Shown: positions 26,441-40,090 of the stretch, in pieces
Layout: every line of letters starts with the position of its first letter
How positions within the stretch are numbered: the first letter of the stretch is position 1
NCBI GenBank assembly: GCA_964016885.1
Contig: OZ024740.1
Location: 222,332,001 to 222,396,000 of the forward strand
Source: Eledone cirrhosa
Taxonomy: Eukaryota
DNA: 64,000 nt
Reading direction: 5' to 3'
Made by a program: the position numbers and the translations under genes
Notes under the pieces: generated by a model
Told to the model about the DNA's origin: nothing
The model's database searches: none
The model's input: only the letters and a program-made list of their open reading frames with translations

Positions 26441-27714
26441 GTTGTTATTTTTCTAAAAGCAATAACATCAATTATTCGCGATTTTATTTAACAATTTATT
26501 AGAGAAATTAAAAATTTAGATTATGATGATAGTACCATTATTTATATTTATCTATTTTCCTTTGATAATGGTTTCTGATTTAGACACAAGGCCAACAATT
26601 TTTGTGAGGAGTGGAACTCGATTAAATTGATCCCAATGCATTACTGGTACTTATTATTATTTGAAAAGAGATCAATTATATCTTATTTAAAACTGTATTA
26701 TGTATTTAATAGCTAATCTAGCTATTAAAATGGGTAGGTGTTAGAACAACAAGCTCATTAGTATAGTTTATATTCGTTTGTGCTTTGGGGTTAAAATACT
26801 ACATATATGTATATATATATTACCAGAGTCGAATTCAAACATAATCCATCACCTGATTTCATACCGTCACAAAGTACGTCAGAGCTGTTACTGGTGACCA
26901 CTCTGAAGTATGCATTTGGGCCAGATTTTTTATCTGAGGATATCTTTCATTCACCCGTTATAGAGCCTCAAAATGTATAATGGAACCCCCAAAAAATGAT
27001 GTTGTAGCCTTTCTTTCAGAGATGAAGCTCTACAGTTAGACTAAAATGTCATAAGACTCTAGTATCTAATTTCTCTTTATTCTTAGTCAGGATTTGTTTT
27101 CGCAATATTTGCTATCGCGCCTCTTTTTGAGCTAATCTTAAATCTAATCTCGTTTCTGAGTTTCCTCGTCGAACGAAATTATTTTTCTAATGATATATAT
27201 ATAATGGAAATAAACATATATCATGTCATCCCTGATAGTTTCGATCGATACTACTCTATATAAAATCTGTAACGTAGTATGATGTTGAATTACAACTATT
27301 CACAAACCCATTTTTACTTTTAATGAAAGAAATAATCATCAATTGCATCGTAAACTATTTTTCAAAAGCACTTTTATAAAAATATTTTTTAATTCTAGGC
27401 GACAAGAAAACAAATAAAGTGGAAATAATATAAATAAACCTAACCAAAAACAAACAACAAAAAAGCCCCAAGATATCTATGATGTAACAAATACTAAAGT
27501 ACATACAGAAATATTAGAAACATATTAGAAACAACCCACCCACAATGGAATGGTGATGTCCCTGTTTAATCTGCATAGGAAGAGACTTCATGGCGTTTTT
27601 ATCACGATGTGATATACTCAATATCCTACTGCACGTAGAGTGGTTGATGCGGAGAGCTAGTAATACATTTCAGAAAGTACACTCTGAAAAGTGGTTATGC
27701 AGGTGCAACGATGA

Positions 27715-27872
27715 AGTTCAACTGGTACTGTCTTTAAAGTGATTGGCGTTGGGAGATATCCTGCCGTATAAACCCGTCAAACATGGGTTGTAATACAGGG
27801 TTCTCCGACGAGTCAAATCCCAACCGATGCAAGCATAGACAACGGACATAAACAGATGAAGGTGATGTTGAT
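27715..27872 (+). mobile_element. Old 3' module of RTE lineage B or its partner SINE
   Basis: TTGGCGTTGGGA...CCGTATAAAC...AACGGACATAAAC-(GAT) tail, homologous to 58190-58370; other relics near 55520-55910, 56580-56760, 61910-62200 and 62507-62680. Confidence 0.65.
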
Positions 27873-28089
27873 ATATGTGTATATAAATATAAGTATGCAT
27901 GTTTGTGTCGATATATACATATATAACTGATAGGTTTATGCTTCGTATTAAACATACTACTTTATACATATATAAGTATATATATATACATATATATATA
28001 CATGTATATATATATATATATGCCTATATATATATAGGTATATTTACACACACACATAAATAAATATATATATATATATATAAAATTTG

Positions 28090-28251
28090 GTCGTTTTCGA
28101 AGCCTCAACGATGCAGATGGGTAAATCTCCGGGTAACAGAATCCGGATTCTGTTACCCGGAGATTTACCCATCTGCTTTGTTGAGGCTTCCAAAACGACA
28201 ACATTTTTTTTATTATTCCACGATGCTTCAAGCAAACTTCAATACTCTCTT
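28090..28251 (+). mobile_element. Hairpin-plus-tail mini-element in (TA)n (family H3)
   Basis: Loop-less palindrome centred between 28144 and 28145 with arms of about 55 bp; tail 28200-28251; (TA)n on both sides. Confidence 0.8.
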
Positions 28252-28264
28252 ATATATATATATA

Positions 28265-28795
28265 TAAGATAAGTTATTCCGGGTTGAATCGGAGTTAACC
28301 ACAGTAAGTAAGGTAATCAATACAAAACAGAGTATAAGTGTTTTAATATAGAAGAACTTCTACAGGACTAGAACTGTTTCATTCGTGAGAAATCATCAGG
28401 AAGCTGGCTGTCCAAGTAAATGGTAGTATTTATGTCTTTCCTTATCTGGTGGTAGGAGAAGGTGGGGATTGGCATGGGTGTATGCCATTGGTTGAAGGAG
28501 TTAAAGAAAGGGGGATTCATTAAAAGCTAATTCTTTAAAGCTATAATATTAACAAAGGCAGAATGAATACTGAAAACAAGTTCAAAATTGGAATACCAAT
28601 CCTAGTTTATCATTTAAAGTAACAATGCCTGTAAGACAGGTGTCTACAGGATGGGTGGGGTTCAATGGTTTAAAGAAAAGGGAAATTCGTTAGAAGCTAA
28701 TCCTTTAAGGCTATAATGAATGTGACAAATGTAGAGAAGGTTCCATCAACAGATTCAAGTGTTGGGGTGAATCGCCTATAGTGAAGTTTCACTTA
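28265..28795 (-). mobile_element. PLE-like 3' remnant with hammerhead motif at 28367-28404
   Basis: Minus strand: CTGATGA-tttc tcac gaat-GAAA-cagt-TC; stem I weak; 3' end abuts (TA)n. Confidence 0.55.
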
Positions 28796-28849
28796 ATATA
28801 CAGTATATTCCAGGTGTCGACAAACACATTCACACACGCGCCCACTTAT

Positions 28850-29082
28850 ACACGTACACACATTTACACGTACGCACACACAGGCAGGCACACACACAAC
28901 AAACATACATAATGGTACATACACACATACAAATACATACATACATACATAAATATATACATATATATATCTATATATCTCTCTCTCTCTATATATATAT
29001 ATATACACACACAAACACACATATATATACATATATATACATACATATACACATACATACATATACACATACATACACACAC

Positions 29083-29127
<45 letters not shown>

Positions 29128-29930
29128 CATACATAAACACATACATATACACATATATATATATACACATATACACATACATATACAGGCACGCACACAG
29201 ACACACGCTCGCATGCATATACACGCACACACACATATATACGTATATATATATATATATATATACAAACACATCAACGTAAAAACACGAAAATATATAC
29301 GTATATATATATATATATATATATATACAAACACATCAACGTAAAAACACGAACAGAACGAAGAACTGTGTGCAGCCAAAACCCAGTAGACAGTGGAAGC
29401 AATAAATGGAGCTCTGATGGGGGCTATATATTTTGTTGACGACCACCTATAGACAACAACTACAACAACAACAACAACGACAACAACAATAACGACAATA
29501 ACATCAAACCACCGTCCAATGTTGTCCACACTGGTCGCTATAGTCGTGGTGATACCACCACCCTATTGACAACAACAACAACTAAAGCAACAGCTACAGA
29601 AAACAATTAAAACAACAATAACAGCAACAACGACAACAACAGCAAAAACACAGATCAGCGTCGTGTATGCAGGTCGTAGTCGTCGCAGTGACGGTACCAC
29701 CATGTTGACCGTAAATAGCGATAACGCCAAAGCAATAAAAAGGGGTTTAGCGGTAGGTAGGTACACACAGTTGGTGGTATCAATCACCATGACCATAAAC
29801 AGTAACAGCAACAATGATAACGACAACACACACCAACACCGCCCATCACCCATCCCGTTCGTCGCAGTAGTGGTGATATCGACTCTGTCAGTATTAAGCC
29901 ATTGGTAACACCAATAACAACAACAACAAA
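28850..29930. repeat. (CA)/(TA)/(TACA) microsatellites followed by an (AAC)-rich low-complexity tract
   Basis: Directly visible; includes a tandem duplicate of ACAAACACATCAACGTAAAAACACGAA. Confidence 0.9.
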
Positions 29931-30529
29931 AGTGATGAGCCTACCACGGCGACGGCAGAACAGGAAAAAAAAGCCACGCTTCCATGAAAAATAAACTAAC
30001 CACAATAGTAGTCCGTTGAAACATGGAAGTGAAAATGGGATAGAAACATAGATGGGTATTTATATATATATACAAATACATTCCTAGTTAATGCAATCCT
30101 CTCTATCATTGTAAGGCAAAAGGCTAGCAATAATTATAGCATTCAGTTCCAACTACAGTGGCAACAATACTATTAAAAGGGCTGTTAGGCCATGGAAGAG
30201 AGTTACGGGAAGCGAAATTAGAGACAGGAACAAGCAGATAAGAAACGAGAACACATATAGAGAACACAATAATAAAAGAACGGGACAAAAACACATAAAA
30301 AACAACAGTAGGTATATAAACAAAGAATTAAGGAACAAAGGACAAGAAACATGTACACATAGAGAGTCCAGGTGTTCAAAAAAGATATACAAGGTTTGCC
30401 TGATGCTAGGGTTTCTGTGTGGCCATGCCCGGCTTCCACGGACAAGTTTGCAATAGTCTTCAACTAGTACAACTACGTTGCTAGTCTATACAGTTTGAGG
30501 AAGATTCCAGATGATCTGTGGAGGTTACT

Positions 30530-31240
30530 CCGTTTATTTATAACTTGAGCTCCCCTCTCGATTATGTCCATAATCTCGGTGACACACAAATCGCACGAGT
30601 CATGTCCATCCCCTCGGTAGGCTACCTTGGACCACGACAAGGTGAATTATACGTTATCATGTTTGAGACGCCACACTGGTTCTGAGAGGTAGGTACTGTG
30701 TATCTTAACCCTCTTAAAGGTGTGGCAGTGATTGTACCAGCGTTTCTTAAATTTATTAGCTGTGACTCCGATATAGGAGAAGGAGGTATTGTTGTTTGTA
30801 TTCACCCTACATTCATATACTAAGCCACTGCCTTGGCACCTACTCCCCAGATGGCAGTTACCGGGGTTTATTCAATTATAGCCCGGTGGAGTGTTGTCGC
30901 CCGGATCTCCGGATCGCGTTGTATGATTTCCCGGTCTTTCACGGTTTAAAATGTTACCAACAGAGGAAGGGGTATTTGCCTGGTGCGTTTCCTCACGGTT
31001 GCTGCTACCCCTGGAGTTGAGGATTATTTTTAATCTACTGCTTCTATATTTTGTGCTAGGTTCTTAGTTGTGGAGTAGGATAATTTAATCGTGTGTCTGT
31101 TGAAAATGGCGTGGTACCGGTGTTGCTTATGGAAGTGCTTATCCAAAGCTCCGAAAAAAGAGGCCGCTATGTTGTTGCGTAAACCGGAGCAGAAGGGAGG
31201 GAGGTAAAACCAAATGCCATTACGGGAACGGGTACACAGG
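30530..31240 (-). pseudogene. Penelope-like element linker plus GIY-YIG endonuclease, decayed (element about 30075-31640)
   Basis: RSRNGIWFYLPPF...LDKHF...IFNRHTIKLSYSTTKNL, then GNCHLGSRCQGSGLVYECRV...SYIGVTANKFKKRWYNH...LSEPVWRLK...CDLCVTE; in-frame stops present. Confidence 0.88.
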
Positions 31241-31641
31241 GCACTAGCAGAAACATCACGACAACATACATAGACGAGACAGCTCGAAGCATAAGAGAAA
31301 GGATAGACCAACACTGGGGGGGTTAAAAGGACGAAAAACGGTTCAGTACTATACGAACACGCCAGAAAACAATATTACGGTAACATAGACAACATAGAAA
31401 TTAGAATAATATCTAAACATAGAAATGACCCAGCAGGTAGCCAAATCAGAGAGGCCAGTGGAATATATGTATTTATATCTGTATTTTTGACCGTTGATCA
31501 GTCAATGATAAACATTGAGGACTAAATGAATTAACTATGGAGATATAAAAGATACAAAACCGAAAACCAACCAAACAGTGAGTGTGTTCTATTATTTCTG
31601 GCAATATTATTACAACAATATGACCCTCCCGAAGTATAACA

Positions 31642-31685
<44 letters not shown>

Positions 31686-33359
31686 GAGATAGGTTTATAG
31701 ATTTTCCATTAGATTGGAAGATATTATCAGAAGCTTGTGAGGTGATCGCTTTCATAAATGATGTATATATATATACATTCACATACGCAAAGCTGCCAGT
31801 TTCTCCATTTATATCATTCTTATTAAAACTAGATTCTTTTCAGTAATCTCAAGATAGGATATCCAATTGCCATTGCCGTTTCTTAAAGCATATGGTCATG
31901 GAAAGTCACTATTCCATTTGTTTGATTAGAAAATCATTTTACCTGCAAAAGTTACGTGAATTAGAAATATTTTGTCACCCAATATGCATGGAATTATTAT
32001 TTGCATTTCTGGATAATTGATTTCTACTCCCGGAATCGTAGCTTCTATTGAGCTTCACGGAAAGCATCGAATTCCTTCTAACCTTACGATTCGTTTTCAA
32101 ATATTTGTTATCGTGCCTCTTTTAGAGTTAATCTCACTTGATCATCTGCATTATCAACAAGTTGCTTTCTTTACTTAGAATTGTAGGTAATGAAAATCAA
32201 ATACCCTGTTCATTAGAGGACTCAAACAGTTGATGGAACTAGTGGCAGAACGATGTATATAACATAATCCCGAATATACCATGAAATAATTGGTTGCGAA
32301 GTTGAATATGGTTGCTCTTTCCAATTCTTCATAGGAAATCAATATAGAATGGCAGATTTAAAGCAAGAGATTTCCCTAAACTACAATGCGTTAGAAAATA
32401 AAATAGACTATACGTAAATACTAGGAATTTCCATTTATGAGATAGGAAAATTGCTGGTCAAAATTCATGAGCATGACCACGAATGTCTCATAGCAATAAT
32501 AGTTTGCAGGGATATGTGCAATATGATCTTTCTTTCTTTTATACATAAACACTGATCATTTGATAAGATATTAACTTATAATTAATTTATCATATTTCCA
32601 AACATATACTGCAACATTTAATTATTCTATTTAATGATGATGGAGTCTCCGTCGGTTTCGACGATGAGATTTTATTTCTCCGGTTAACTGAATGCAGCTT
32701 CGTGGATTAATATGTAAGTTGTTGAATAAGAATGCCGGTTGAAACTTTCATAGGCTGAAAAGTTCATAAGCCAACACGTAAAGTTTATTCTTCAACAGAG
32801 TCCCCGGAAATAAGCAATGTGGTTAATAATAAGATGAGTTGAAATTAATGCATGCAAAATTTCGTAACCGTGGCATCATTCCTCCATGGTCTGCCTATGA
32901 ACATTTCAGCCGACTCTAGTATTTCACAGACCCTTAACATAATTTCAACACCGAATCAATATGACAAAATAATCTGACAAGGCTGGATCTTTGAATTACA
33001 GGTACAATCCATCCGACAGGTTTATACCATGTTTTCGTCTACTGACCTCAGGCTACACTAAATACACATGTCCTTTTACTTCTGTTTAATAATCTATCTA
33101 TATATCACTATAATTATGTGATTGCTTGCTTGCTTGTCTGTAATGTAATACAGCCAAAAGGGCGCATAATGGGAAATTACTTTGAAAGGAAGTTGACCCT
33201 GAAATTGGGATACAAATGGAATAAAACAAGTTTCGCATAAATCGGACCACGGTTCCGAGATATAGGGTTTTACCGGGTACCTTCATAAATAAATAGAGGG
33301 AGAGACAGAGAAGGATAGAAAGAAATAGTGGTTGTGAGAGAGTAGATTGAAAGTGAGAC

Positions 33360-33403
<44 letters not shown>

Positions 33404-34787
33404 CAGAGAAGGAGAATGGAAGCAAGAGAGATGGTGGTGGTGCTGTTGTGTGTGTGTGTTTATATATATATATATATATAAACACACACACACACAACAT
33501 ATATATATATGAGTGTGAGTGTGTGTGTCTACGACTAGTGTATATAGATCGTCCCGATTTGACAAAGGAAAAAGGCAATCGGAGGACACCGGAAGTTTCA
33601 ATAACGACCTGAACAAAAATGGAACGGCCTAATATTTGGTCAAAATTGTCCGTGAATTTATACCAAAAGTCTTTTAATAGAATGCTTCTTATTAAAATAT
33701 TTGTTCATACACTTATAAAATTGAAAAATGTTTGACATGTATTCTTGTCTCTAATTATATATACAATTAGTTCACTGAAGGAGAATCTAACATTTCAAAT
33801 CGATATTTGTTTAGAATAAAAATTATTGGAAGCTGGATGGATTTATTGAAACCATACAAAGATTCTAACAATATGCGTCCAACATGTAAAATATGTCAAC
33901 TTTAAATTGGAAATAAATCGATTAACTTTGAGATTCAAAATGTCAGCAGCAAATAATAATTTTCATTCAAATTTTATTTTCTGTTATAATTAATAAGAAA
34001 ATAATAAAAAAAATAGAAATAAACATGCCTGAAGCTTATGTAAAAGTGGGCTACGAAATATCAAATATACCTAAGAGAGACAAATGACATAAATATTGAC
34101 AGCTTGTTTACACTAAATCAACTTGTAAACATTGTAAGAAAATCAATATTTAAATTTAAGGAACGAACATTCTAGTTCAGACGTTAAGCTTCAGATTAGT
34201 TTCATTTCTTAATTGAATCGACTACATTTAACGACTAATGCCTTTTTTATTTACAAAAAAGTGATAGACAGACATTCGTATTTATACATCCTTTGAAGTG
34301 CTTATTTAAGTGAAAGTAGATAGTCTAGTTGAAGCATTTAGACTATGATGACCATGAATTACATGAGAAGGTAAATCCGCACTTTAGTTCGGAGTCCCAG
34401 CTGCAGATATTCTACTTCATTGGTCACGTTAATACGTTTCTCTATACAATTTTGACATATTGTGTCGATGCACGAAATCTGTATGCATTGTAGCAGGGAG
34501 CTATTTATTTGAGTCTACGAGACAGTTTCGAATGAAGTGTTTTCAAATTTCTGTAAGGCCCTTTAGCAAATATAACATATTCGCTTCTGATTTTTCCATT
34601 TTAAAATATTGCAATCTCTGACTAATCAAAAGAAACTAACATTTGTTTTATTGACATGTATGTTGAAGGTAAATGAGTGTTTGTATGTGATTGTGGTGTT
34701 TGCGGTGGTGTTTATATTGACACATTGTAGGAGGGGGGACTATGCGGCTCTGGTGTGAGAGCATCTGTGTAGGCCCGCTTTAGTCTG

Positions 34788-35720
34788 TCAATAGAGACTG
34801 TCTTTATGTCCATTAAAGTCAATGGTGAAATGTTTATCTGTACGTGCAAGTACACGATAGGGTCCAGAATAAGGTGGAGTGAGAGGACTTCTCACTGCGT
34901 CATTTCTGACAAAGACATTGGTCCACGAGGCAATGTCCCTCGGAACCGAAGAGTTAATGGTTTGTTGCCTGTTGTTCATAGGAGGCAGGACTTGAAAGTA
35001 CGCACGCAAACGCGTCACATATAGTGTAGGATCCTGATTAGCACGGTCAACTCGGGCAAGATTCTGCCCTGGCAGAGATAATGTAGTGCCGTAAAAAAGC
35101 TCGGCTGGAGAGAATCCAAGGTCCTCTTTCATTGAAGTGCGGATACCGAGTAATACTACGAGGAGGTAGTCGCGCCAATGTAGAGTATCCGGATAGGTAC
35201 GCAATGCGGCCTTTAACTGGCGATGAAAACGCTCTACCATTCCATTAGATGCAGGGTGGTAACTGGTAGTCCTGATGCGTTGAGCGCCGATGATATTCGA
35301 TAGATCCCTGAAAAGTTGGGATTCAAACTGCCTACCACGATCTGTAGTAATAGTGGTAGGAACCCATAGTGCGATATCCATCCTGAAACCAGGGCTCGCG
35401 CTACAGATTCAGCAGTAATGTCACTAAAAGGAATGGCTTCAGGCCATCGGGTGAAACGGTCATTACAGGTCAGGATGTATGAACACCCACGACTGGCAGG
35501 CCAAGGTCCCACGATATCAATGTGTATGTGGCAAAAACGTGTGTCAGGTGTTCTAAATCTGCCGAGAGTGCGCGAATATGTTTATGCACCTTTGACAAGA
35601 TAAACAGGAACATGACCAAGCAGTGATATCATGTCTCATATTCGGCCAGAAGAATCTAGTTGAAATGAGTTTCACTGTTGCGGAAATTCCGGGGTGTGCC
35701 AAACTATGTAGAGAATCGAA
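34788..35720 (-). pseudogene. Gypsy integrase, frameshifted
   Basis: [47 protein letters not shown]. Confidence 0.93.
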
Positions 35721-35722
35721 AA

Positions 35723-37232
35723 CTATTCGACGATAAGTCTCTGGTACCAGAGGGCGAGGTGAATCTGTCGCAGTATCACACAGAATCTGAGAGTCCGAAG
35801 TGGGTACAGGCAGGTATTTAAATTTGCTAGGGTGGGCTGTTCTGCAGCCATAAGATACAAGTCAACAGTCGCAGGTGCTGACAAAGCATTGATGGATAGG
35901 TGAGTTAAGGCATCCACCGCTGTGTTTCTATCACCCGGTATATGACGAATGTCATTCGTAAACTGGGATATGAAGTCCAAGTGGCGAGTTTCTCGAGGTG
36001 AGTATTTGTCCGTATTGGAACTGAGTGCGAACGTAAGTGGACGATGGTCAGTATAGATCGTAAACTGTCGGCCTTCCAGTGAATGCCGAAAGTGTTTCAC
36101 AGCAAGGAAAATGGCTAACAATTCGCGGCCGAATGTGCTATAGCGGGAATGTTCTATAGCGGGTATGTGCTATAGCAGGCCTCAGCTGCTTAGAAAAGAA
36201 AGCAAGAGTTTGAAGCTATTGTTGGTGATGCTGTTGCAATACTGCACCTACCGCTGTGTCCGATGCATCAACAACCAGCGAAAACTGGGCACCAGACACA
36301 GGGTGAGCAAGTAGAAATGCGTTTGCTAAATTCTGTTTAGCTTTGGAGAATGCTTTAAGTTGCATGGGTCCCGAAGCGATTGGCTCGTTATTCTTCTTTC
36401 TGTTACACAGGAGATCAGATAGTGGAGCTAAGAGTTCTGCGCAACGATAATAATTTAGGAGGCCCAGGAACTGCCGCAGCTGTCGCAAAGAAGTAGGCGG
36501 AGGGAGTTCCTGAAGAGCTTTCAATTTCTCAGGAAGTGGGAATATTCCTTCAGAGTTTATCACGTGGCCTAAAAAGACGAGTGAAGCAGCGCCAAAAATA
36601 CACTTCGCAGGGTTACTGCGAACTTGGTACTGCCTAAATCGCTCAAACAGTTGGCGGAGGTGCGAGATATGGTCCTCCGGTGAAGCACTCGCGATGAGAA
36701 TATCATCGATGTAACAATATACAAAATCCAGGTCGCGTACGACTTCGTCCATAAATCGCTGGAATGTACTAGCAGCATTGCGTAGTCCAAAAGGCATTGT
36801 TAAAAACTCGAATGCACCGAAAGGTGTAGTAACAGCAGTTTTAGGAATGTCCGCAGGATTCACAGGAATTTGATGGTATGCTCTGATCAGGTCCAATTTT
36901 GAAAAGATAGTACATCCATGAAGCGAAGAAGTGGAATTTAATCGCCGAAAATCTCCAGTGGGACGCCAGTCTCCCGAACGTGTCGGCACCATGTGCAAAG
37001 GCGAGGCCCTCGGACTGGAAGAAGGGCGAATGATACCCAACTGCAGCATATGGTTAAACTCTGTCTTAGCCACTTTCAATTTTTCCGGAGCAAGGCGACG
37101 CGGGCGTGAAAAAACTGGAGCACCCTTAGTCTCAATAAAATGTTTGGTAGAGTGAGTAGGGGTATCTGCCACAAAGTTCAGGTTCGTTAATTCCGGAAAG
37201 GAATGCAAAAGCGCATGATAAGGGTCATCCAA
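35723..37232 (-). pseudogene. Gypsy reverse transcriptase / RNase H, frameshifted
   Basis: [55 protein letters not shown]. Confidence 0.95.
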
Positions 37233-37259
37233 AGCAGCGATTTAGAAGACTAGACTGAT

Positions 37260-38460
37260 AGACTGGATTACTGAAGTACGTTCAAGTACAGAAAGATTTG
37301 TAATTGCGTCCAATAAACGACGTGTCCGCATATCAACCATAAGATTGTAATAATGCAAAACAATTAGCACCCAGAATAGGATATGGCAAATCAGCTATGG
37401 TGAAAATCCATGAGAAATCTCTACGTAAATCCAGGTACAAAGAGCGAGAGATTTGTCCATACGTAGGGATAGCTGAATGGTTTATAGCTTGTAGTGATAT
37501 CTTTGAGAGAGGAGGATTCTCTTTAAAGAGTTTTAACGGCCAAATGCTGCAAGACGCACCCGTGTCGATGAGGTAGCCTGCATGCGAGAAGGAATCCGTA
37601 ATGAAAAATGCACGACTTTCAGTACTGAATTGCGGAGAAGACGTCGTGCTTAATTCTCCGTTACTTTGTTTTTCCGGAGTGAAAAGGAACAGGGTTGGAT
37701 ACATTCATGATCAGAGACTCCGAAACGGTTATGGTAAAAGCATGCTCGCGATGGTGAAGGTTGGAAACGACGACGTGAAGAATTAGAGCAATTCCGCGAC
37801 CGTTGTCGGGGAGATCTCGATCTTGATAATCGAAGAAGTTGTACCTCCTTCGTAAGGTCACGGATGGCCTTTAGTGTTGCTTCGTTGGTCGAAGTGGCGC
37901 TGGGTGAAACTGATTCGACAGGAACAGGTGAAGCATTTGTTGTAAGTCGTGATGGGGTAGTAGTGGTCGAATTGCCGGAGTACTCCAACATTTTATCAGC
38001 GGATGACGCCAAATGATCCACCGAACTGGTTTCGGTCATCGCTGCTAAAATGGCCTGGATATTAGGCGGCAGCCTAGAGAAGAAAAGCTGCTTGATCATG
38101 GCGCTGTCGACCGTTGCGTCTTCCACCAGCTCTCCCATCCTCCGTAAGAGCTGTGTAGGTGTATAGTCGCCAAGGTGTACATCGTTAACTAGAGTGCGAA
38201 ACTTCCTTTCCGCCGAGACAGAAGTGCGGTTAAGAATTTCTTTTTGTTTATGCTGCTATAGGTAGCCTCCGGAGCCGGGTCAGTAATCAAGTCCTTAACC
38301 GTTGGTGTTAAGGAAGCAGGAATGACACTTAGTAAAAGATGGAGCTGTCTAGAGTCGGACGAAATATTGTGTGCGAGGAAAAATTATTCTGTTTGTGCCA
38401 TCCAGATTCGCACTTCCCCGCAAAAAATACGGTAGTGAATTACTTGACACTGTTGGAGAA
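37260..38460 (-). pseudogene. Gypsy gag and aspartic protease, frameshifted
   Basis: PTQLLRRMGEL...LFFSRLPPNIQAILA, RSRSPR tract, CHCC finger, YLIDTGASCSIWP, PILGA. Confidence 0.9.
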
Positions 38461-38710
38461 AGACGTTCGTAAACTTAAAAAAAATAGTTGTGAACAAAAC
38501 ATGTAAAAATAATTTTTTAAGTTCCGTAGTATCCTTGCAACAGTAGAGTGCGCGCTTATGTCGGCCAAATTAAAAGCGCGGGAATCAGTGATGAAGAAGG
38601 AGGAGGTGAGACGCCATATTGGACAAAAATGCCATGTGCGAAGGAAATATTGTGTTATTGTAAGCTCGATATTTTTTTTTCCTGTGTGTGAAGAATGTAT
38701 TCTTTACAGA

Positions 38711-38720
38711 CGGGTCACCA
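38711..38720 (-). promoter_or_regulatory. Primer binding site, tRNA-Trp type
   Basis: TGGTGACCCG upstream of gag, partly complementary to the tRNA-Trp 3' end (GGGGUCACCA). Confidence 0.75.
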
Positions 38721-39819
38721 TTTTATAGATAAGATGAGGGGTTAAATTCTATCTATATCCTTTACAATTGCATGTTATCAGTCTTCGAAGGATCTTATTT
38801 ATAAGCGATATAATTGAAATACCTTAATCGAAGAGTTGGTAGCATCTCATCGGTAGTAAATGCTTCTCACTTCTAGGATATAAATAAATAGCTCTTTAAT
38901 ACTCAATCCTCTATAAATATAATTTGTATTTGTCGAAAGGGAATGTAGGAGTCATTTTACAATAAATCTTCACGCGTCCGTATCATCTCCTGATCTGTGT
39001 GTTCTCTGGAGTGCTGTCTGAGTTTTTTTTTACCAGAGAGTGAGATTGACCATGTATTCATACGCAACTTCCCATTGATCAGCTTGACCTTATTGCGTAT
39101 GAAACTGTTGCTATTGCGAGGTGCGACGTAGTTCCACTACAGACATCTCCTTAATTATGTCTTTAACTAATTTATTGTTATGGATTCTGATTTGGCATGG
39201 TATGATGATGTATCTTCCATCGGTTGTGAAAATGAGCTTTCAGTTGTTCGAGCATCCGAATGGCCTACGTATGACAAGGCTGGACCATGTGTTACTCTTA
39301 CAATCCATCCAACGGGCCTCCACATCGTCTCTGTATATCTAATTTCACTCACAAGTATTGAGTCGATCCAAAGCTATGGTAAAAGCATTTGTCTAAGATG
39401 TGATGCAGAGGGATCGGATTCAGAATCTCTTGCCTGCACTCCTCACTATCATTTTATTTCTAGTTTAAACTATTGTGTATTTTTAATGCGTGAAAATTAC
39501 TATTAAATATAAACAGGGTAGATCATTTAAAATAAGCACATGACATGCATTTACGAAGGCAGATGAAGGGAATACAAGAACACATTTAATCTATTAAACA
39601 CAAACAGCTGTAGTCATGTAATAGATATATTAGAATGATGTGTTGGTAGTCCTTAGTTCTTTAAGGTATCAAATTAATTTTTCCTAAACATCAAGTTAAA
39701 TGGAAAGTTAAGCAAATTTATTCCTGTTTTTAGCAAAAAGAAATAGCGATTTGCAGGAAATTTATCAGTAATGCGTTTCTCAGAGGATAAGTTAAAAGTT
39801 AAATTTAAAATCTTTCCCG

Positions 39820-40090
39820 AACCTAGAGGCGCATCGAGTTGGAGCTTATCCCGATTTCAGGTGGTGTTAAGCGATTGAGAATACAAAAATCTGTCCTGGA
39901 AACGACGCTAGTCCGACGCAAGTTTAAAACCCCAGCTGCTGCTGGTACTCATTTTTCCAGCTGAGTGATCTGAAGTAATATTAAATGTAGTATTTTGATT
40001 AATGACAATGTGAACCTCTCAATCCAGGGATCGAAACTACGTTTATTCGATCAACCAGAAACACCATAACAATTAGGCTGGAGTCCTCCA
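39820..40090 (-). mobile_element. Old family 2 (CORE-like) SINE
   Basis: GGTACTCATTTT.CAGCTGAGTG...GGGATCGAAAC; homologous to 47466-47735. Confidence 0.7.

Larger units (their letters stand above)
34640..38720 (-). mobile_element. Ty3/Gypsy retrotransposon, CsRn1-like lineage, decayed internal region
   Basis: Domain order gag-PR-RT-RH-IN; Gag C-X2-H-X9-C-X3-C motif (CFYHNRFGVSDHECIQPC); tRNA-Trp-type PBS. Confidence 0.95.

Noticed and set aside
28090-28199. Hammerheads in hairpins H3 and H4 (53681-53796)
   Set aside because: Only partial GAAA-like words and no complete core; not called as ribozymes.
28793-30005. ORFs rich in YI, CV and poly-V
   Set aside because: Microsatellite and (AAC)n low-complexity artefacts.
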